From positions 768,001-832,000 of the forward strand of contig CAWCAG010000005.1 in NCBI GenBank assembly GCA_963793425.1: a stretch of 64,000 nucleotides of DNA, given 5' to 3'. The DNA comes from an uncultured cyanobacterium. Lineage in GTDB: Bacteria; Cyanobacteriota; Cyanobacteriia; Cyanobacteriales; CAWCAG01. The translations under genes and the position numbers were made by a program. Positions 57,843 through 64,000 of the stretch are shown here, in pieces. The first letter of the stretch is position 1. Each line of letters opens with the position of its first letter. The notes beneath the pieces were generated by a model. The model had not been told where the DNA came from. It did not search any database and saw nothing but the letters and a program-made list of their open reading frames with translations.

Positions 57843-58576
57843 GGTTCTACCGAACTTGCAATGTGAAAGCAAAAAACAAGAAAATAGATACTCAGGCTTT
57901 AAATATATAGTTTTATGTCTATAAAGTTTATCCAGCTTGCATTATAGCTCTTTCAAAGATTAAATGATAGTAAAAATAAAACTACTATTTAGACTTAACT
58001 TATACAAATGCCATCGAATCCTCAACTAAACCTCATGACAAACTTACTTCAATTAGAAGGAGTTACCGTTAAACATTATCAGTGTATAGAGAGTATAGGC
58101 ATAGTCTTACACATAGAAAAAATAGAGAAAAAAGCTACCTGCACTAACTGCGGTGCAATAACTGAAAAACTCCATCAGAATAATCAGCTAACGATTAGAG
58201 ATTTACCTTGGGCAACTCAACCAGTGTATCTCAAAATTAATCGTCGCCAAATGAGATGCTCGCAATGTGGCAAGAAATTTAATGAATTAGACTTGAGCGA
58301 AGAGCAAAAGATTAAATTGAACCAAGTCAATAAAGTCTCACCTCTTCTGGGTAAAATGCACAGATTAAAAGAGGAATTTAGAACTATATTTGAACAGAGC
58401 CAAGACTGGAGTGAAGGATTATTAGAAATAGCTAATTGGTGCGCTCAAGCTTACTCGTATTTCCCAAAAAGCTGTGGAACAATAAGGCGTTGGATGGGAG
58501 AGATTATAGCCTACTTTGACTCCCGTACAACTCAAGGAGTAGTGGAAGGAATTAACAACAAGTTGAAGTTGATTAA
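57843..58576 (+). mobile_element. ISL3-family insertion sequence remnant: left end plus an internally deleted, 3'-truncated transposase (ORF 58008-58592)
   Basis: Left end GGTTCT; zf-ISL3 CTNCG...IRDLPW...RR..C..CGKKF joined directly to the C-terminal part ...[17 protein letters not shown]; central HTH/DDE part and right end missing. Confidence 0.82.
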
Positions 58577-59224
58577 GATGAAGAAAGTATAGTTGTAGAA
58601 GATAAAAATAAAGGGTCAAGTCTACAAAAAATCTACATTACTGATTTGGCTTACACTAATCAAAAATCAACGGTAGAGAAAATTTGGCGAGTTGATTTAG
58701 AAAAAGAAATTCCTGGTATTTCAACTAAAGATGCAACACCGGAAGTAGCCTTACTAGTCTTACAAAAGTTTTCCTGCAATGAAAATACAGTAGTTGAAGC
58801 AAATGAAGAATATAGATTAACGGTAGTACTAATAGAATTAAAATCGTCCTTGCAACCAGCAAAAGAGAAGAAGGGTAAATTGAAAAACGGTTCTTTAACC
58901 CAAATAGAAAATAAGTTTAAGTGTGCTATTAATCGTATTTATCTATTGCTTACTCTCAACAATCATGGCAATCTAAATAAGGGTTATGAAAGTGCTAATA
59001 TTCATCTAGATTTTCGTGGCATTATTGCTTATAACAGAAATAAAATCCAAGGAGATGATGGAAGCGAACTTTGTCAAATTCTTAATAAAGCTAAGAAACA
59101 TCCTCTCTTGTCTTGCTCAACTATACTTAGCCCTAAAGATAAAATTGAAGTAGGTTTTTTTGCAAATCCCGACGCTGATAGTAACAGCTTTTCTATAGCC
59201 TTGGGAGATTTACTAAAAAAGTAG
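58577..59224 (+). pseudogene. 5'-truncated hypothetical gene with a PD-(D/E)xK-like motif
   Basis: Frame is open from 58577 ([10 protein letters not shown]...) at the IS junction with no ATG; motif TPEVAL...VVLIELKSSL. Confidence 0.55.
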
Positions 59225-59247
59225 AGACTTTTGCTTCTAAACTTGTC

Positions 59248-59865
59248 TCAAGGTTCTACAATCACAGGAGTACCCATTTCTACTTCCTTAAACAAGGCTA
59301 CTACGTCTTCGTTACGCATTCTGACGCAACCATTAGAAGCGGCTTGACCGATAGAGTCACGGTTGGGAGTACCATGAAAGCCTATGTAGTCTTTGCCATC
59401 TGTCCAAAAGCCAATCCATCTTAAACCGAGAGGACTATTTTCTCCCGGAGAGAAAACTTCTCCTGTCCAAGGATTTTCCCAAGCAGGATCAATAATCATT
59501 TGAATTATTTTATACTCTCCTTTTGGTGTAGGAGTACTATTTTTGCCAATTGCCACAGGATAGCTAACTTCTATTTCTTTACCCCGATATAAATAAACTT
59601 TGCGCTCTCTTAATTTAAGTACTAAACGTCTAGTTTGAGATACTTCTGGAAAATAGAGAGAAGCTTCTTTTAAAGGAGGTAACTTGGGCTTTAGTTTAAT
59701 GGTTTCCAGTAAGGCTTCTAATTCAGCATTCATTTCTATTTGAGCAGGATTGGAAGCCGTACTTGTCTGTTTTTGACCAACCAGTATTAAAGTAAAAATA
59801 CTAAAGCAAATAACAGATAATTTGCTCAGCCAGGCTTTAACTGAGAAGTTGAGAAGTTTATCCAT
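59248..59865 (-). CDS. L,D-transpeptidase (YkuD/ErfK family)
   Basis: YPVAIGK..TPTP.G, PLG.RWIGF, IGFHGT....SIG.AASNGCVRM.N.DV. Confidence 0.92.
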   Translation of the reverse strand: MDKLLNFSVKAWLSKLSVICFSIFTLILVGQKQTSTASNPAQIEMNAELEALLETIKLKPKLPPLKEASLYFPEVSQTRRLVLKLRERKVYLYRGKEIEVSYPVAIGKNSTPTPKGEYKIIQMIIDPAWENPWTGEVFSPGENSPLGLRWIGFWTDGKDYIGFHGTPNRDSIGQAASNGCVRMRNEDVVALFKEVEMGTPVIVEP

Positions 59866-59959
59866 CTATTTCCTGGGGCTGGTTGTTGACAATGCGGTAT
59901 TCTACTCAATGATTTGGCTATCAATTTTAAGCTGGAAAGTGCATATTCCTAAAAAAGCT

Positions 59960-60622
59960 ATGTTTAATTATTTTCTGAGAAGATTTTTTCCTCTTGTTAC
60001 TTTATTCTTTTGTTTATTTTACCTCTCTGGTTGTGATCGCGTGGCTCAAAAAGAAAAACAATTGCAAACAGAAGCAGAAATTGCTCGCGATCATCAATTT
60101 AAAAAAGAATGCCAATTATTAAGAGAAACCATGGATACAGTTAGTACCGAAATTGGCTTTCCTTCTACGAAAGTTAACTTAGATATCAAAGAAAATGCTT
60201 CACCAATTTTATTGACTGCTTCTTCTCGATTGGCCGCTAGTCATGCAGAAGAAATTCCTGAAAAAATCAAAGTTGCTTTAGAAAAGCTTTACCAATTAAA
60301 ATTAACTGAGCAATCTATTAAAAAGCATCGTGAGGAGATAACTTTCAAGCTCAACCAACTCAAAGAGATGATAGAAAGTTCCCGCCCAGAACTAGAACAA
60401 ATTAGAGAATCTGTGACTTTACTTGCTAACATTGATATAGATACCTCTTCTGCTGAGTATAAACAAGCTCAAGAATTAATTGGAAAAGCAGCTAAAGCAG
60501 AAACAGTTCCTACTAATTTAACAGCAATTAGACGACACGAAAATGAGTTAAGCGAATTAAAAATCAAGTTGTTTTCTCAACAATGTTTACTAAACAAAGA
60601 GCAAGACTCAGATATTGAATAA
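59960..60622 (+). CDS. Hypothetical helical lipoprotein
   Basis: ATG 59960 gives MFNYFLRRFF + hydrophobic stretch + LSGC lipobox; coiled-coil-like body. Confidence 0.65.
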   Translation: MFNYFLRRFFPLVTLFFCLFYLSGCDRVAQKEKQLQTEAEIARDHQFKKECQLLRETMDTVSTEIGFPSTKVNLDIKENASPILLTASSRLAASHAEEIPEKIKVALEKLYQLKLTEQSIKKHREEITFKLNQLKEMIESSRPELEQIRESVTLLANIDIDTSSAEYKQAQELIGKAAKAETVPTNLTAIRRHENELSELKIKLFSQQCLLNKEQDSDIE

Positions 60623-60639
60623 ATATATAGCAATTGATA

Positions 60640-60667
60640 AATGTTTAATGTTTAATGATCAATGATT
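60640..60667. repeat. Heptamer array AATGTTT/AATGATC
   Basis: aatgttt aatgttt aatgatc aatgatt; the last unit supplies the ggt ATG. Confidence 0.65.
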
Positions 60668-62194
60668 TCTAAGACTCGTGGCGCGATCGCTGCCGGACAT
60701 CAGAAAACGGCAGAAGCTGGACAAGCAATGTTTGCTTTAGGAGGTAATGCTTTTGATGCTGCCGTAGCAGCAGTATTGGCTGCTTGTGTGACAGAGCCTT
60801 GTTTAACTTCAGTGGCAGGGGGAGGATTTTTACTTGCTCATACTCAAGATAATCAACAACTTTTATTTGATTTTTTTACTCAAACTCCCCAGCAAAAAAA
60901 GCCTCTTTCCCACCTTGATTTTTATCCTGTTGAAGTTAACTTTGGTGGCGCGAAGCAAATCTTTCATATTGGTAAGGGGGCAATGGCTGTGCCGGGTAAT
61001 CTGGCAGGCTTATTTACCGTACAGGAGAAGCTAGGTAAATTACCCTTTGAGGAAGTAGCCCAACCCGCTATTGATTATGCCAGTAAAGGAGTAGAAATCA
61101 GTAAGTTTCAAGACTTTTGTTTGACAATTCTCGAACCAATTATTAGCGCTTCTCCTGAGTCAAGAAACTTGTTTTTCTCTCAAGGAAAAAGATTACAAGC
61201 CGGAGATATTTTCAAAAACTCAGATTTTGCGATTACTTTAAAGCATCTAGCTAAACACGGAGTAAAAGAGTTTTATGAAGGAGAAGTTGCTCGACAGTTA
61301 GTTGAAGATTGTCAAAAACAAGGAGGACATCTAACTTTAGAAGACCTACAAAGCTACCAAGTAATTATTAGGCAACCCCTCAAAACCCATTATCGTGGCT
61401 ACCAAGTTATTACCAATCCATCTCCTAGTTCCGGGGGAACATTAATTAGTTTTTCCCTACAACTATTAGCAACAATTAACTTAGCTAACCTCGAATTTTC
61501 TAGCCAAGAACACTTACAAATTCTAGCTCAAGTAATGAGTTTAACCAATATAGCCAGGGAAAGCAAACAAGATGACTTTCCTGACAATTTCCTGGCTTTA
61601 GAACATTTACAAAACTATCAAAAAAGCTTACAACACAACGCCAATAAATTGGGCGGTACTACCCATGTTAGCGTCATTGATGAGTTAGGAAATGCTGCTA
61701 GCGTCACTACTTCTAACGGGGAAGGTTCTGGTTATATTATTCCTGGCACAGGAATTATGGTTAACAATATGCTAGGCGAAGCAGATTTAAACCCCAAAGG
61801 ATTTCATAATTGGCCAACAAATCAGCGCCTTACTTCTATGATGGCTCCCACTATTATTCTTCAAGAAAATAATCCTCAGTTTGTCCTTGGTTCGGGAGGT
61901 TCCAATCGAATCAGGACAGCAATCTTACAGGTTATTTCCAATTTAATCGATTTTAAAATGAGTTCTCAATTAGCAGTAGAAAGTCCCAGAGTACACTGGG
62001 AAAATAATTTATTCCACGTTGAACCTATGGCTAATCTAGAAGTTATTGATAACCTCAAATTACCAAACTCTAGCCAAGTCGTTTTATGGCCAGAAAAAAA
62101 TATGTTTTTTGGTGGAGTTCATGGAGTAGAAGTTACTAATAACGCCCTATTTGGTGCAGGAGATTCTCGGCGTATGGGAGTATTTCTGAAGTAA
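60662..62194 (+). CDS. ggt: Gamma-glutamyltransferase
   Basis: GGNAFDAAVAA, GGGFLL, autoprocessing site G-TTHVSVID..GNAAS.T.S, NNMLGE, SMMAPTI, LGSGGS.RI, GAGDSRR.G. Confidence 0.93.
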   Translation: MISKTRGAIAAGHQKTAEAGQAMFALGGNAFDAAVAAVLAACVTEPCLTSVAGGGFLLAHTQDNQQLLFDFFTQTPQQKKPLSHLDFYPVEVNFGGAKQIFHIGKGAMAVPGNLAGLFTVQEKLGKLPFEEVAQPAIDYASKGVEISKFQDFCLTILEPIISASPESRNLFFSQGKRLQAGDIFKNSDFAITLKHLAKHGVKEFYEGEVARQLVEDCQKQGGHLTLEDLQSYQVIIRQPLKTHYRGYQVITNPSPSSGGTLISFSLQLLATINLANLEFSSQEHLQILAQVMSLTNIARESKQDDFPDNFLALEHLQNYQKSLQHNANKLGGTTHVSVIDELGNAASVTTSNGEGSGYIIPGTGIMVNNMLGEADLNPKGFHNWPTNQRLTSMMAPTIILQENNPQFVLGSGGSNRIRTAILQVISNLIDFKMSSQLAVESPRVHWENNLFHVEPMANLEVIDNLKLPNSSQVVLWPEKNMFFGGVHGVEVTNNALFGAGDSRRMGVFLK

Positions 62195-62220
62195 TAAGTA
62201 ATAAGTAATAAGTAATAAGT
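62192..62220. repeat. Heptamer tandem repeat (TAATAAG)x4
   Basis: taataag repeated from the ggt stop codon; a second array (A(T/C)TAGC(A/G)) lies at 62271-62305. Confidence 0.8.
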
Positions 62221-62306
62221 TTGAAAATTTTCTCTAGCCTGACGGCAACCCTCCGCGCACTGTGTTGGTAATTAGCGATTAGCAACTAGCAACTAGCAAT
62301 TAGCCA

Positions 62307-62423
62307 TCACTTTTGTGTCCAAAAAGTAGTAAACATCATCAACATCGCACCTATAAAAATTATCACTCCAAGTCCACCAGCAATATAGTTTAGTAATTCA
62401 GTATTTTCCATAATTTCAACCAT
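62307..62423 (-). CDS. Small single-pass membrane protein, 38 aa (34 aa from ATG 62411); absent from the ORF track
   Basis: MVEIMENTELLNYIAGGLGVIIFIGAMLMMFTTFWTQK*; directly downstream of queG on the same strand. Confidence 0.6.
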   Translation of the reverse strand: MVEIMENTELLNYIAGGLGVIIFIGAMLMMFTTFWTQK

Positions 62424-62467
62424 AAATGTTTAATGTAGCCTAACGGCAACGCTTACGCGAATAATGT

Positions 62468-63400
62468 TCAATGTTCAATGATATTAGCATTGGCATTCCT
62501 TCGTAACATTTTAGGCTTAATTCTCCTCAAAGCTGAAGCAGGAAATCTTTGTTGCCATTCTTCTTCGGTAATTTCTGCTAATTCTGTTAATTTGGGAGCA
62601 ACATTACCAGGATAGGGTTGAAAATCTTCCACATCAGTTTCTTGAGCAAAACGCTGATTCCAAGGACAAACATCTTGACAAATATCACAACCTGCTACCC
62701 ATCCTTCTAAATGGGGTTGGACTGATTTTGGTAACTCCGTATCTCGATTTTCGATGGTATGATAAGCAATGCAGCGATTAGCATCCACAACAAAAGGTTG
62801 GACAATAGCATCCGTAGGACAAGCTTCTAAACAGCGAGTACAAGTGCCGCAATGTTCTGTATGGGGAGTATCCGGTGATAAGACTAAATTAGTAACTATT
62901 TCCCCTAAAAACACCCAACTACCATATTCTCTCGTAATTAAATTACTATTTTTAGCCACCCAGCCAATTCCTGCTTGTTGGCTCCAAAATTTATCTTGTA
63001 TTGGCGCAGTATCAACATAATAACGTGCTGTCACCTCTTCTTCTTTCCCTTCTTCCTGCAACCAAGCCGTCAAAGCTTTCAGTTTCTTCTGCATAACTTT
63101 GTGATAATCCCTTCCCCAACCATAACGGGATATTTTCCCGTATTTTTTCCCTTCTGGTCGCTGATGGGGGGTATAGTAATTCAGAGCCAGACAAATCACT
63201 GATTTAGCCTCTGGCAGCTCGAAGCGCTTAGGATGAGCCATCCAAGCCATATTAGCTTGATACCCCAAACTTAACCAATTCTGAAGGGAAGCAGCAGCAG
63301 CCTGGTGAGACTCAGTTGCCGCTTCAACAGAAGCAACACCTACTTCATGAAAACCAATAGCTAGAGCTTGTTCTTTAAGTAAAGAACTATCAATGTTCAC
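62468..63400 (-). CDS. queG: tRNA epoxyqueuosine reductase QueG
   Basis: KISRYGWGRDYH, YVDTAP, GIGWVAKN, GSWVFLG, CGTCTRCLEACPT, GCDICQDVCPWN; likely GTG start at 63400. Confidence 0.95.
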   Translation of the reverse strand: MNIDSSLLKEQALAIGFHEVGVASVEAATESHQAAAASLQNWLSLGYQANMAWMAHPKRFELPEAKSVICLALNYYTPHQRPEGKKYGKISRYGWGRDYHKVMQKKLKALTAWLQEEGKEEEVTARYYVDTAPIQDKFWSQQAGIGWVAKNSNLITREYGSWVFLGEIVTNLVLSPDTPHTEHCGTCTRCLEACPTDAIVQPFVVDANRCIAYHTIENRDTELPKSVQPHLEGWVAGCDICQDVCPWNQRFAQETDVEDFQPYPGNVAPKLTELAEITEEEWQQRFPASALRRIKPKMLRRNANANIIEH

Positions 63401-63405
63401 TGTAC

Positions 63406-63837
63406 TTAAGTTTGCTTTATTTCTGGTAGAGTAGTTTCCAATTTTAAACAATTACGACCATTTACTTGTAAGCGGTATTCCACTCTATCCATCAAACGGT
63501 TCATAATTAACCAACCATAACCGCCTTCTTGCTTATCATCAGGTTTCGGCGGCAAATAGGTTGAGAGATCAAAACCCTTGCCGTAGTCCCAAATTTCTAC
63601 AGCAATATCCCGCTCTTTCAATTCTAGGCAAACTAAAACAGGTAAATTGGGTTGATCCTTATGGGCATGACGTACTACGTTCGAGTAAGCTTCTACTAAG
63701 GCTAAGCGTATCCGATTTTGTTGACTAGGCCAATCAACAGAATCACCTAACTCTAGAGTCAAAGAGTCAATTAACCAACACTCAACAACCTTGAGAAACT
63801 TCAACTCACTTGGTACGTGTAGTTCAGTCTTCATCAA
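63406..63837 (-). CDS. Anti-sigma factor-type Ser kinase (RsbW / HATPase_c_2)
   Basis: RLALVEAYSNVVRHAH, IWDYGKGFD, EGGYGWLIMNRLMDRVEY. Confidence 0.9.
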   Translation of the reverse strand: MMKTELHVPSELKFLKVVECWLIDSLTLELGDSVDWPSQQNRIRLALVEAYSNVVRHAHKDQPNLPVLVCLELKERDIAVEIWDYGKGFDLSTYLPPKPDDKQEGGYGWLIMNRLMDRVEYRLQVNGRNCLKLETTLPEIKQT

Positions 63838-64000
63838 CTACATAACCTCCAGAGATAAAATAGTTTGGTCATCTTCTTGGACTTTATTGGTGTATTCTCC
63901 CAAGTGCTTTAGTAACTCGTCCAAGTTTAAAGGATCGGACTCTTGGAGTAGTAATTGCCAAAGACCTTGTTGATTTAGCATTGAGCTAGCCTGGATTGTT
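63838..64000 (-). CDS. C-terminus of a SpoIIE/PP2C phosphatase (continues beyond the window)
   Basis: ...MLNQQGLWQLL...QEDDQTILSLEVM*, abutting the RsbW-like gene. Confidence 0.75.
   Translation of the reverse strand, partial: TIQASSMLNQQGLWQLLLQESDPLNLDELLKHLGEYTNKVQEDDQTILSLEVM

Larger units (their letters stand above)
2402..60690. repeat. HIP1 octamer GCGATCGC dispersed through the window
   Basis: About 30 copies by eye, e.g. 2402, 3634, 12843, 21339, 32159, 36395 and 60683. Confidence 0.9.

Noticed and set aside
10295..62305. Short repeat arrays as CRISPR
   Set aside because: They are contiguous 7-nt units (also at 39876-39900 and purine-rich runs near 43180 and 48840) with no spacers, and there are no cas genes in the window.
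410..63973. Many short antisense or nested ORFs in the track (e.g. 410-661, 2565-2978, 24609-25058, 26153-26488, 28220-28657, 34123-34551)
   Set aside because: They are shadows of well-supported genes on the other strand or frame and have no motifs of their own.

Overview
AT-rich cyanobacterial chromosomal segment, judged from roughly 30 HIP1 GCGATCGC octamers counted by eye, heptamer tandem repeats, a PEP-CTERM protein, pentapeptide-repeat proteins and Uma2/TIGR02652-type genes. The core genes are rplS-tRNA-Trp-secE-nusG-rplK-rplA-rplJ-rplL, ruvA, rodZ, accB-efp, nnr, mnmA, recN, fghA, ggt and queG. Two accessory systems stand out. (1) A four-gene minus-strand operon (13774-8801) encodes an ammonium-transporter-PAS-PP2C phosphatase fusion, a GHKL-like kinase, a small STAS-like protein and a PAS adenylate cyclase. 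It looks like a SiaABCD-type partner switch with an ammonium input and a cAMP output. It is divergent from a CBS-PAS-GAF histidine kinase whose RcaE/CcaS-like GAF has Ser where the bilin-binding Cys is expected. (2) An operon (35417-31783) behind a canonical NtcA-type promoter encodes a tandem-globin/transmembrane/pentapeptide fusion (1-nt frameshift), an unknown 109-aa protein, a bestrophin channel and a Tat Rieske lipoprotein. The window also holds a deletion-inactivated AIPR defence gene, a doubly deleted ISL3 remnant fused to a decapitated gene, a shared 24-nt CRP-like motif in two promoters, an L10 with a duplicated L12-binding segment, small dispersed repeats and an unannotated 34-38 aa membrane peptide. 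All family calls come from motif recognition by eye, not database searches.
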